From the NCBI GenBank assembly GCA_040390775.1, contig JAZJXR010000025.1, positions 1 through 38,175 on the forward strand: a stretch of 38,175 nt of DNA. Reading direction: 5' to 3'. A program made the translations under genes and the position numbers. Numbering within the stretch: the stretch's first letter is position 1; each line of letters starts with the position of its first letter. The stretch comes from Patescibacteria group bacterium (GTDB lineage Bacteria; Patescibacteriota; Minisyncoccia; Phycocordibacterales; CAIRYW01). The notes under the pieces are model-generated. The model ran no database searches and had not been told where the DNA came from. It worked only from the letters and a program-made list of their open reading frames with translations. Below are positions 1 to 8,458 of this stretch, in pieces.

Positions 1-260
1 ATATAATCGCAGCGGAAAAGGGTAAAGATTCTGTGATCCACGGCATTCAATTTATCCAGAATCAGCGCATCTCAATGACTAAGCGCTCAATCAATATTAT
101 TAAAGAATATCGAAACTATCTTTGGATGACTGATAAAGATGGTAGAATACTGAACGAGCCGGAGCACACCTTTTCTCATTCAATGGATAGTATTCGTTAT
201 GCTCTGATGCCTTCCAGTCCGCGCCATAAGACATCTTTCTTTGCCCCAGACGACATATGA
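1..260 (+). CDS. terL: Terminase large subunit, 3' part (gene begins at 37284 and reads across the window ends)
   Basis: The frame is open from base 3 to TGA 258-260. The translation ..IIAAEKGKDSVIHGIQFIQNQRI..EPEHTFSHSMDSIRYAL resembles the conserved C-terminal (nuclease) end of PBSX/T4-type large terminases. G38175 plus A1 T2 gives GAT, joining both parts in frame. Confidence 0.85.
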   Translation, partial: IIAAEKGKDSVIHGIQFIQNQRISMTKRSINIIKEYRNYLWMTDKDGRILNEPEHTFSHSMDSIRYALMPSSPRHKTSFFAPDDI

Positions 261-676
261 AAATAATATTTCTCGATATTGACGGTGTACTTAATTCCAA
301 CCAATCCAAAGGCTTGGATCCGCGCTTTCCTATCGATCCACATCTCGCCTCCCACATAGAACGAATCAAAGAAAATACTGGGGCCGAAATCGTGCTTTCA
401 TCTTCTTGGAGACATTCGGATGAAGGAATCAGTGCTGTGGAAAAATATATCGGCAAGATTCACGATATTACTCCAACTGTGGATAACGGATTTCGTGGCG
501 ATGAAATAAATGCCTATCTGGATAACCATCCGAATATAACTCAACATGCAATCATTGATGATTCTAGCGATTTCCATCCCGACCAGCCGCTATTCCAAAT
601 CTCTGCTGAAGAAGGATTGACAGAAGAAGTGGCTGACGATATCGCAGCGCACTTTGCCAGCGAGAAATATGATTGA
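257..676 (+). CDS. HAD-superfamily phosphatase-like protein (resembles the HAD domains of Swiss-Army-Knife RNA repair proteins)
   Basis: N-terminal FLDIDGVLN (DxDG nucleophile motif), SSSWR, and a late acidic IIDDSSD motif. ATGA overlap with the terL stop. Confidence 0.6.
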   Translation: MKIIFLDIDGVLNSNQSKGLDPRFPIDPHLASHIERIKENTGAEIVLSSSWRHSDEGISAVEKYIGKIHDITPTVDNGFRGDEINAYLDNHPNITQHAIIDDSSDFHPDQPLFQISAEEGLTEEVADDIAAHFASEKYD

Positions 677-699
677 CTCCAATATGATTGTGATATACT
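673..699 (+). promoter_or_regulatory. Sigma70-like promoter upstream of the portal gene
   Basis: TTGACT (673-678), 15-nt spacer, extended -10 TGaTATACT (691-699). The 13-mer ATTGTGATATACT (687-699) recurs at 27052-27064 in another intergenic gap. Confidence 0.4.
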
Positions 700-732
700 T
701 CTCTCATACATTTTAATATCTAAAAAACTAAT

Positions 733-2829
733 TTGATCGGGCAACAAATTACTGGCGAAGACGGAAATCCACTACCACAGTATCAAAAGCTGACGCCTTC
801 TGAATATCAGCCCCCGAAGCAAGTAAAAGAATTGTTCGCCAAAGTGCAGCATGATTATCAAGTGGCATGGGCGCTGCAACATAGAACATTCGACGAATTC
901 GATGGATATTCACTCCTTAATCGCGCTAGAAAGGATCAAGAGACTTTCGCGGCATATGTGGGCTGCGAATTCGTGCCATCACAGAAGCGCTGGCGCTGGC
1001 GTGGCCGAAAGAATACGGCTAGAAACAAGCTAATTAGCCTGTGCTCGCGTGCACTCGCTGGAATGCTCTATCCATACGTTTATGCTAAGAACGATCAGAA
1101 TGAAGAGGATAAAATGACAGCGCGGGTAATGCGAATCCTCATTGAGGATCATCTCCGGAAGGCAAAATATGAAGTGAAATTCCTATACATGGCGCTCTCT
1201 GCTCTTGTAAACCCTGCTGTATTTGTCCAAGTGGAATATGTCGAAGCGATGCAGAGAATCAAGCAGCAGATGAAAGATGGTACGGCAAAAATCCTCGAGG
1301 TAGTGGATGAGATATTATCTGGCCTACAGCTCAATATCCTTCCAATAGACGAAATCATGCTTTGCGACTATTTTTCTGGCACTGGTAATATCCAAATCCT
1401 GCCTGTGATCCTGCGCATACGCCGAATTCCCTACGATTACGCTCGAGCGATATATGCTGGAAAATATTTTGATAAAAATGGTAGAGATTTGTTTGACTAC
1501 GTGGTAGCAGGCAAAACTAGGATATTCCTATCTGGCCAAGACAATGAAACGCTATTCGATGTGGAATGGACAGAAGCCGATCGAAACTATGTGCAAGTGA
1601 TCACGGCTAAATATAGACCAGAAGATCTCGAAGTGGATTTCGTTGGTGGCGTAGGCATGCTGAATGAGGATGATTGCTACAATACCAATCCATTCAAACA
1701 TCGCCGCATGACGTTCTGCGAGACTGACAATGGCCAAGAATGGCTCTCAATCCCTCTCTATGATATTGCGATGTCTGGCTTTGAGCCGATCGATCCCGCT
1801 GGCCGATTCGCTTTCTATAAATCCGGTGCTTTCAAAGAATATTGGGATGCACTCGGAGAAGATAAGATGCACCAGCTAGCATTTGATGCTACACAGCTTG
1901 ATGTGTTCAAGCCAGTGTTCCTCTCTGGTGCTGCTGCCTTTGATTCGACTGTGATGCGCCCCGGTGCCTCCGTAGGCATGCCTTTGGGAGCGAGCGTGAC
2001 TCCATATGCCCTTGGCCCAAATCTAGCCGCTGCGCTCCGCATGATGCAATCAGAAAGAACTGACCAAGAAGACAGCACTAAATCGACACCTGTGCCGACC
2101 GATGTACAACCAAATGTAACTGCTACTCAAACAGCTGCAGCTGTGCAGCAAGCTAAAATGTTTTTCAGCGTGTTCTCACTTATGATTGCAGACCTTGTGA
2201 ATCAAATTGGTGGCTTGGCTATGGATTGCGCTGTGCAATATTCCACCGTTGGCGAACTGGATGCATCTATACCTGGGGCTCTTGGCATGAAATTCAAGAC
2301 ATTTCTAGCCCAAGGCAAAGATAAAGGAAAAAATGTGACGAATAAGATTATATTTTCTGATAAGAGGATAGGTAAAAAATATACCAAGGCGCAGATAGAT
2401 AAGACTGAATGGGATATGTATAACAAATCGGGCGCAACGCCACAGGAGCGCTACTACAGCGATCAAAGAATATACGAAGTGAATCCATATCAATTTGCTC
2501 GTACTTCCTACACAATGTTTGTAGATGCTGATAAAATAGCTATGAAATCCATGGGCGCGGATAAGATGGAAAAGCGCGAATCATTTGAGATGATGTCTGA
2601 CCCACGCGTGGCGCCATTTACCGATAGACAGGCGGTAGCTACGGATTTCGTAATCGAAGAATATGGAGGCGATGACCCAGATAAATACAAGGCTAAGACA
2701 CCGCCGAGCGACGAAATGCTGAACTCCATATTTGGCGGAGGGACCCAAGGCGCAGACGGTGGCGCGCAAGGTGCAGTAAAGAGTCCAGCAGGGATGGTCG
2801 GCCCAGCGGCAAAACCACAATTAAAATAA
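733..2829 (+). CDS. Portal (head-to-tail connector) protein
   Basis: 698-aa ORF just downstream of the terminase genes. NTARNKLISLCSRALAGMLYP and KYEVKFLYMALSALVNPAVF resemble conserved N-terminal helices of T7-type connectors. TTG is the only start candidate after the in-frame stop at 721-723. Confidence 0.65.
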   Translation: MIGQQITGEDGNPLPQYQKLTPSEYQPPKQVKELFAKVQHDYQVAWALQHRTFDEFDGYSLLNRARKDQETFAAYVGCEFVPSQKRWRWRGRKNTARNKLISLCSRALAGMLYPYVYAKNDQNEEDKMTARVMRILIEDHLRKAKYEVKFLYMALSALVNPAVFVQVEYVEAMQRIKQQMKDGTAKILEVVDEILSGLQLNILPIDEIMLCDYFSGTGNIQILPVILRIRRIPYDYARAIYAGKYFDKNGRDLFDYVVAGKTRIFLSGQDNETLFDVEWTEADRNYVQVITAKYRPEDLEVDFVGGVGMLNEDDCYNTNPFKHRRMTFCETDNGQEWLSIPLYDIAMSGFEPIDPAGRFAFYKSGAFKEYWDALGEDKMHQLAFDATQLDVFKPVFLSGAAAFDSTVMRPGASVGMPLGASVTPYALGPNLAAALRMMQSERTDQEDSTKSTPVPTDVQPNVTATQTAAAVQQAKMFFSVFSLMIADLVNQIGGLAMDCAVQYSTVGELDASIPGALGMKFKTFLAQGKDKGKNVTNKIIFSDKRIGKKYTKAQIDKTEWDMYNKSGATPQERYYSDQRIYEVNPYQFARTSYTMFVDADKIAMKSMGADKMEKRESFEMMSDPRVAPFTDRQAVATDFVIEEYGGDDPDKYKAKTPPSDEMLNSIFGGGTQGADGGAQGAVKSPAGMVGPAAKPQLK

Positions 2830-2833
2830 CAAC

Positions 2834-2956
2834 ATGGCAAAACCAAAAGCAGGAATGAAGCTACATAAATTCATCGCAACAGGTGGAAAGCCGAAAGACT
2901 TTCCAAAGAATCCGGCCTTGAATTCAAGCACAGTGCCAAACCTAAAGAAGAAGTAA
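2834..2956 (+). CDS. Small basic protein (40 aa), hypothetical
   Basis: ATG ORF MAKPKAGMKLHKFIATGGKPKDFPKNPALNSSTVPNLKKK fills the gap after the portal gene. It is below the ORF-track size cutoff. Confidence 0.3.
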   Translation: MAKPKAGMKLHKFIATGGKPKDFPKNPALNSSTVPNLKKK

Positions 2957-2957
2957 A

Positions 2958-3059
2958 ATGGAAGAGGAAGAAGCAGAAATTGGAGACGAATATTGTGAGG
3001 AATGTGGTCTCTTGATTGAGGAGTGTGTCTGTGAATTGAACGAAGATTTTACAATTTAA
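2958..3059 (+). CDS. Small acidic Cys-rich protein (33 aa), hypothetical
   Basis: ATG ORF MEEEEAEIGDEYCEECGLLIEECVCELNEDFTI, starting 1 nt after the previous stop, with a CxxC..CxC pattern. Confidence 0.25.
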   Translation: MEEEEAEIGDEYCEECGLLIEECVCELNEDFTI

Positions 3060-3070
3060 TTTAAAAAACC

Positions 3071-3322
3071 ATGAATGAACTTATGAACGGATGCAATTGG
3101 GCAGTAAACAGGATCAAGCTCGAGCAATCAATCTCTGCGCTTGAGACTAAGAAGAAGATCGATCCAAAGATTGAAATTACAGAAGAATCTGTAAAGGAAG
3201 AGTACATTAGACGCGCAGGCAAGGTGGTAGAGAAAACACCATCAGCGATTGCAAAATCTGCAGATGACGCAGATGAATCCGAAAACGATTCAACACCCAC
3301 GCCGCGACGCCGCGCACGATAA
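3071..3322 (+). CDS. Hypothetical protein (83 aa)
   Basis: ATG ORF in the co-directional head module with a charged, Lys/Glu-rich sequence. No recognisable motif. Confidence 0.5.
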   Translation: MNELMNGCNWAVNRIKLEQSISALETKKKIDPKIEITEESVKEEYIRRAGKVVEKTPSAIAKSADDADESENDSTPTPRRRAR

Positions 3323-3324
3323 TT

Positions 3325-3735
3325 ATGATCGGAAGATACGCTGCAAGATTGGCCGCATGGCTACTTAAAAAAACCGATTTGGCTCTGCCAGAAAGAAACT
3401 TATTAACAGCTTCTGTATTGGAAAATCTTGCAGCGCTTTCTTTACGTGATATCATAAAAGTAGAAGACGGAATTTTGCTCATCGGAGGGAAGCCTGTAGA
3501 TATGGAGCTAGCGCGCGTGCTGCGAGAGAGTGCGCGAGGAGCTCTAAATAATACAGCTTTCAAATTAATCCGAGAGCAGGTGATGTTTGAAGCGATGTCT
3601 ACCGGAACATACACCGCAAAAAGCGATTTGGATGTATATTTCGGGAAGGCATCGGTCTGGTATGGACAAAGGGAGCAAGCATTCCTAGAAATCCTAGCCG
3701 GGCAAAATGTAGAAAGCGAACTCGACGCGAATTAG
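3325..3735 (+). CDS. Hypothetical head-module protein (136 aa)
   Basis: ATG starts 2 nt after the previous stop. No recognisable motif. Confidence 0.55.
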   Translation: MIGRYAARLAAWLLKKTDLALPERNLLTASVLENLAALSLRDIIKVEDGILLIGGKPVDMELARVLRESARGALNNTAFKLIREQVMFEAMSTGTYTAKSDLDVYFGKASVWYGQREQAFLEILAGQNVESELDAN

Positions 3736-3818
3736 ATCGAGATTACGCCTGAAAGGGCCGGAGCTCTTCCGCAAAGAGATTTGAATAATATGCAACGTGC
3801 GCTATAAGCACGATATCA

Positions 3819-4475
3819 ATGACCCCAGAACAACAAAAAGCGGCAGATGAAGCTGCAGCCGCTGCAGCAAAAAAGGCAGAAGAAGACGAGGCTGCTAAAA
3901 AAGCCGCCGAAGATGAAGCTGCCAAAGCCTCCCAAGATCTTTTAAAACAAGAGCTAGAAAGAAAGCAGAACAGAAGCGGACACACTAAGCTTGAAAAAGC
4001 TAGGCATGCTGAAAAGAAGATCCAAGATGAGATCGCGAAGCTTGAAGCAGAGGAAGGCGTACATGCTGACCTAGATGATGACCAACCCGTCACCGTCGGA
4101 ATGCTCAAGGAGCGCCAGAAGCAAGATGCCGTAAAAACGGCTCTAAATATGGCGGAATCGGAGATTTCAGACGAAACCGAAAGGGAACTCGTCAAACATC
4201 ATCTTGAAAATTCTATCCGGCCGACCGGAAATCCCGCTGAAGATCTGCGCCTCGCCCGAGCAATCGTTAACGATACAAAAAATCGCCAGATTGCAGAGGA
4301 AATTGAGCGTAAAAAAGTGGCTCAACGAAATGGTACAGGATCTGGAGCCCCCGCTAAAAAAGAGGGCGACGAATTCGTACCGACTGCCGAGGAAGCTGCC
4401 TACATGAAGCCGCCATTCAGCCTAACAAAAGAAGCTGTATTGACCGCTCGTAAGCAAGCAGAAAAAACTTCTTAG
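3819..4475 (+). CDS. Scaffolding protein candidate
   Basis: 218 aa, Ala/Glu/Lys-rich with coiled-coil character (AADEAAAAAAKKAEEDEAAKKAAEDEAAK). Located between the portal and the major capsid gene. Confidence 0.55.
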   Translation: MTPEQQKAADEAAAAAAKKAEEDEAAKKAAEDEAAKASQDLLKQELERKQNRSGHTKLEKARHAEKKIQDEIAKLEAEEGVHADLDDDQPVTVGMLKERQKQDAVKTALNMAESEISDETERELVKHHLENSIRPTGNPAEDLRLARAIVNDTKNRQIAEEIERKKVAQRNGTGSGAPAKKEGDEFVPTAEEAAYMKPPFSLTKEAVLTARKQAEKTS

Positions 4476-4498
4476 CTCTAAATTTACATAGAAAACTT

Positions 4499-5047
4499 GT
4501 GGAGGATTATTTACTCAATAATCTATTCACTTTTATGGCTAGAGGAGACTTTAAAGTTAAGAATCAGACTGGCTCTGATTTCTCGTTGAAGCGCAATGTG
4601 CCATCTGGTACAGCTGTTTCAATCAATGCAGGTGAGCCAACAAAAAGCGTGGATGCCGCTGCCGCATCTCCATACCTAGGTACAGTAGCAATCTGTGTCG
4701 ACGGCGATGGTTCAACAGCGCAGCGCTTTACAGGAGTTTCTAAGGATGATTCTACAGACACAGCTGCTGCTGCTGGATATGTGAATACAATTATGCCTCT
4801 ACCGGGAATCATTTACAGCGGAAAGGCAAAATCAACCACAGCTGTGGATACTGTAGCCGAAGTAGAAGCGCTAATTGGAAAGCGTGTGGTATTCGACTTG
4901 ACTGGAACAGCTTGGACAATTGATACAGCCGCGGCCGATGCTGTAGCAAACTGCGTGGTAATAATCGGAGGAGACTATCGAACATTCGATGTCTTCTGGA
5001 CATATTCTCCGCACGGAACATTCCTAGACTTCGCTATCTCTGCTTAA
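4499..5047 (+). CDS. Capsid-associated protein (possible decoration protein, DUF2190-like)
   Basis: Beta-rich Gly/Ala/Thr/Val sequence immediately upstream of the major capsid gene. The start is GTG 4499 or ATG 4535 (MARGDFKV..). The function is a guess from position. Confidence 0.4.
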   Translation: MEDYLLNNLFTFMARGDFKVKNQTGSDFSLKRNVPSGTAVSINAGEPTKSVDAAAASPYLGTVAICVDGDGSTAQRFTGVSKDDSTDTAAAAGYVNTIMPLPGIIYSGKAKSTTAVDTVAEVEALIGKRVVFDLTGTAWTIDTAAADAVANCVVIIGGDYRTFDVFWTYSPHGTFLDFAISA

Positions 5048-5067
5048 TAATCTAATACTATTATTTT

Positions 5068-6009
5068 ATGGACGGATTGAACCAATCAACAGGCCCATCA
5101 CTGATACTCGTAAAGACAGCTCTCGACAAGCTTCGCGATGACGCGACGCTACAGATGGCTAGGACGGGTAAGGTGGAGGCCACAGATGCTGTAGTGTTCT
5201 CACAGGATACTGCAAACAACGCAGCGGTAGTGACATCGGTAATCGGTGGAGGTGGATACTTCGATAAGACAACGGACGATCTAGCGCTAAGGAAGCAGAG
5301 CTCTAAAAAGGCGGCTGCTCCGAAGACGACAATCATCGCAGAATTCGATAAGAATCTGCAGATCGCTCGTACTTTCATGGCTGACCAACAGCAAGGTGCT
5401 GTAGGAAAGGCTGTGAGCCAAGCTACAAAGAGCTGGCTGGCATCGCGAGACAGGAATGCAATCTCTGTTTACGCTCTTGGATTCGGTACTACACAGAACA
5501 CAACGATTGACGCGGTAGCTCCTTTCTCTAACAGCCATGTGAACCAGAATGGCGACACAATTGATAACCTTGAGACAGGTGTGCTTTCAGAAGACAATCT
5601 TAACGTGCTAGTAAACAGCCTCCGAACCCAGATCAACCAATCTGGTGTGAAGGTAGGATATGAGCCAGACTTCTTGCTCACTCCTTCTCTTATCCACCGA
5701 ACAGGTATGGCTATCGCCAAATCTGTGCTTCGCCAGGGAACTGGAAACAACGATCTAAACTACTGGTCAGAAATGTATCCTGGTATGAAGGTCGTTTACT
5801 CTCCATTCCTAGATGAAGTGTCTACAACGGCATACTTTATCGGCTCTATGGGACACGGCATCGTGCGCTATGAGAGAGAGGCGTTCTTCACGACACTTGT
5901 CGGATGGGAGACACAGCAAAACAACGCATACCAATACAAGATGATCGCTAGAGAGGAAGTAGACTCTATCGAATATTCTGGTCTTGCTGCTTCTAACGGA
6001 ACTGTCTAA
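5068..6009 (+). CDS. Major capsid protein candidate
   Basis: 313-aa soluble protein directly after the scaffold and decoration genes. Size and position fit an HK97-fold capsid protein. No search was run. Confidence 0.6.
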   Translation: MDGLNQSTGPSLILVKTALDKLRDDATLQMARTGKVEATDAVVFSQDTANNAAVVTSVIGGGGYFDKTTDDLALRKQSSKKAAAPKTTIIAEFDKNLQIARTFMADQQQGAVGKAVSQATKSWLASRDRNAISVYALGFGTTQNTTIDAVAPFSNSHVNQNGDTIDNLETGVLSEDNLNVLVNSLRTQINQSGVKVGYEPDFLLTPSLIHRTGMAIAKSVLRQGTGNNDLNYWSEMYPGMKVVYSPFLDEVSTTAYFIGSMGHGIVRYEREAFFTTLVGWETQQNNAYQYKMIAREEVDSIEYSGLAASNGTV

Positions 6010-6034
6010 TTACTAGCGTAAATAAAGCAACCAT

Positions 6035-6598
6035 ATGGACTTCATCAAAAAGAATTCAGTGGCCTTGGTTGCGCTTGTAATCGCAATTCTCGGTCTATTT
6101 ACTCCTGCTGGACAGCAGGTAGTAAAAGAAGTGCAGAGTCTAGGCGGCATCACGAATTATGATGCTATAACGCTTGATAAAGGAAGCCTCACGATCTCCA
6201 CAGCTGGCCAAGGTACCACGTACCCTGGCGGCGCGGATGTGACGGATGCATCTGCTTCCCTATCATCTACAGCATCAACAACGCCATGTGCAATCGCAAA
6301 TCCATTTTCAGCAACTAGCACGCTGGTAGGATTCCTATTGAACATCACAACATCGACTTCTACAGGCGGAACGCTTGTATACGATGTGGGCGTAGCAAGC
6401 ACAGCATTCGCAACTACAACAATCATTAGCGGAGGAAATACCCTAGCTCAAGGAGCACAGGGCAACTATTCCGCGACATCTTCTCCAACTGTTGGAGTAG
6501 GACAGTATGTAGTCGTAAAGTTTAACCCTGCATTCGCTGGCACAGCTTTCGGCCCAATCTTGGGAGGAACTTGCACAGGATTGTTCATGGAAAACTAG
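6035..6598 (+). CDS. Thr/Ser/Gly-rich structural-module protein with an N-terminal hydrophobic anchor
   Basis: N-terminus MDFIKKNSVALVALVIAILGLFTPAG. The rest is Thr/Ser/Gly-rich and beta-like. Confidence 0.55.
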   Translation: MDFIKKNSVALVALVIAILGLFTPAGQQVVKEVQSLGGITNYDAITLDKGSLTISTAGQGTTYPGGADVTDASASLSSTASTTPCAIANPFSATSTLVGFLLNITTSTSTGGTLVYDVGVASTAFATTTIISGGNTLAQGAQGNYSATSSPTVGVGQYVVVKFNPAFAGTAFGPILGGTCTGLFMEN

Positions 6599-6610
6599 AT
6601 AGTGCTTTCA

Positions 6611-6635
6611 TTCTCTGCCTCTCTGGGGCAGAGGA
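6611..6635 (+). terminator. Hairpin after gene 6035..6598 (weak terminator or attenuator)
   Basis: TTCTCTGCC / GGCAGAGGA stem (one G-U pair) with a 7-nt loop. No clear U tract follows. Confidence 0.25.
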
Positions 6636-6673
6636 TTGAGGGTGCTATTATTAAAAACTCTCGCTAAATAAAA

Positions 6674-7261
6674 ATGAAAAAATATCTAAAAATTGTGGCG
6701 GTGATGGGATCAATCTTCATTACTGCTCTGCTTCTTGTTGGTCTTACTTCAAAATCAGCATCTGCAAATCCTTCCTTTTTCGTACCCTATGCTTATATCA
6801 CTGGATTGACAGCTGCAACTGGCACGCCCGCATATCTGACGCCAGGCACGGCCACAACCACTCTTGTCTATGATACAAATAATTCTGGCAGCACTTACAA
6901 GACAAATTCAGCTACTCTTTTGCTGGAACTCGTCGGATCTACAACAGGTACGATCCTAAAAACCGACCTAGAATATTCACAGGACGGCATTGATTACTAT
7001 CAAGACGGAGGTGTAGGACCAGAGGTATTCTCCACTACTACAAGGCCAGTAGACATTAGCTATGTGAATTCATTTAGCCTCACATTTGCTTCTTCTACAG
7101 CTGGACTCGCAGCAGTAAGCGCAACGCAGGCAACCACTACTAGGGCTATGAATATCAAGACACCAACAAGATTCGTCCGAGCAGTATTCAGCCTACCAAT
7201 TGGTAGCAAGAACGGCGCTGTATGGGCGCAGCTCGTGCCTAATAAGGAGAAGTCTGAATAA
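6674..7261 (+). CDS. Secreted-type (Sec signal peptide) Thr-rich structural-module protein
   Basis: MKKYLKIVAVMGSIFITALLLVGLTSKSASA/NPS shows a classic n-h-c signal peptide with an AxA cleavage site. Confidence 0.6.
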   Translation: MKKYLKIVAVMGSIFITALLLVGLTSKSASANPSFFVPYAYITGLTAATGTPAYLTPGTATTTLVYDTNNSGSTYKTNSATLLLELVGSTTGTILKTDLEYSQDGIDYYQDGGVGPEVFSTTTRPVDISYVNSFSLTFASSTAGLAAVSATQATTTRAMNIKTPTRFVRAVFSLPIGSKNGAVWAQLVPNKEKSE

Positions 7262-7266
7262 ATACT

Positions 7267-8454
7267 ATGAGAGACATCGCCCAGCTTCAAGATGGTGTAG
7301 CAGGCTTGCTACAAGCCACTGATCTGAATAACGTCACCAATCTAAATGGGGCGTTGGAGCGCGCGGCCAGAATAATGTGCCAGAAGGTAGATATCCCCGA
7401 AGCTTCCGGTCGGCAAAACTATACGATATATGATGGTGTCTTTGACTATCTAGCACCGGATACAATTTTTGGAGGAGCTTTGGTGGATTTCCGTCCTCAA
7501 GGCGTAAGCCGAGTACCAACCGATTTCGTAATCAAGCGACCGATCGCCCAATTTGACCGCACTAAAGCCGTGGTAGCAAACGGCGTGGAGATGACCTTTG
7601 AATACACCAAGGGTACACCCATCGTGCGCGTAGCAGGTTCTAGGGCAGCACAGAAGGTGATCATAGACGCTATGAGCGAAACTACTGGCTGGACAGCGGC
7701 AGGAAGCGCTTCTGGCCTAGCAAAAGATGCCACTGTGTACTATCAATCACCTGCTTCGCTTCGATTCTTGCTCACTGGCGCTTCCACTGGATCTTTGACT
7801 AAGACTCTAACCAACGCCATAAACATCTCGGATTATGAGGATGTGGGCGTGATATTTCTTGCCATCGATACGCCTTCGGCTGCTGATCTGACTTCAATCG
7901 AAGTGCGCATCGGCTCGAGCTCGGGGAATTACAATAACGTCTCGGCTATGGCGGGATTTCTTGGAGCATGGCCTGCAGGAGAATTTACTCTCGTGGCCTT
8001 CGATCTATCGGCAGCTAGCCAGACAGGCACACCAAATTTCTCGGCTATAAACTATATCCAAATAAATATGACGCATGCAGCGACGCTAACAAATATGCGC
8101 CTTGGAGGTATCTTCATTTCCCTGCCAACTCCCTATGAAATGCTCTTCCAGAGCTCGGCTATATTTCAACTCGCTAGCGATGGATCTCTATCAAATACCA
8201 TTCAATCTGTAAATGATACTGTGATCCTAAATGAAGCGGCCTATAATATATATGAGCATGAATGTGCCTCGACAATCGCTTTCCAAAATGGTGGATCATT
8301 TTCAAGCGGAGTAGTGGCGACTATAAACCAAGTACTGCATGGAATTCGCGCAGCGCGTACAGGAGCTTTGATTCAGCCAGGACTCTATGATCACTATCGA
8401 GCTGATAATCCTTCTCAAGAGCTTAGAACGGTAGGAAACTACTACGACGATTAA
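7267..8454 (+). CDS. Virion structural protein (adaptor / tail-tubular-A position) with a central beta-sandwich-like domain
   Basis: 395-aa ORF, first of the tail block. The function is inferred only from gene order in T7-like layouts. Confidence 0.35.
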   Translation: MRDIAQLQDGVAGLLQATDLNNVTNLNGALERAARIMCQKVDIPEASGRQNYTIYDGVFDYLAPDTIFGGALVDFRPQGVSRVPTDFVIKRPIAQFDRTKAVVANGVEMTFEYTKGTPIVRVAGSRAAQKVIIDAMSETTGWTAAGSASGLAKDATVYYQSPASLRFLLTGASTGSLTKTLTNAINISDYEDVGVIFLAIDTPSAADLTSIEVRIGSSSGNYNNVSAMAGFLGAWPAGEFTLVAFDLSAASQTGTPNFSAINYIQINMTHAATLTNMRLGGIFISLPTPYEMLFQSSAIFQLASDGSLSNTIQSVNDTVILNEAAYNIYEHECASTIAFQNGGSFSSGVVATINQVLHGIRAARTGALIQPGLYDHYRADNPSQELRTVGNYYDD

Positions 8455-8458
8455 ATCT

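Noticed and set aside
477-488. CTGTGGATAACG inside the HAD gene is identical to 25726-25737 in the origin-like region, and TGTGGAAAA at 436-444 mirrors 25760-68. This could be read as a second DnaA-box cluster.
   Set aside because: By my estimate, tens of exact 12-mer pairs are expected by chance in a 38-kb genome, and this copy is in coding sequence. I kept only the mild overall excess of perfect boxes as supporting evidence.
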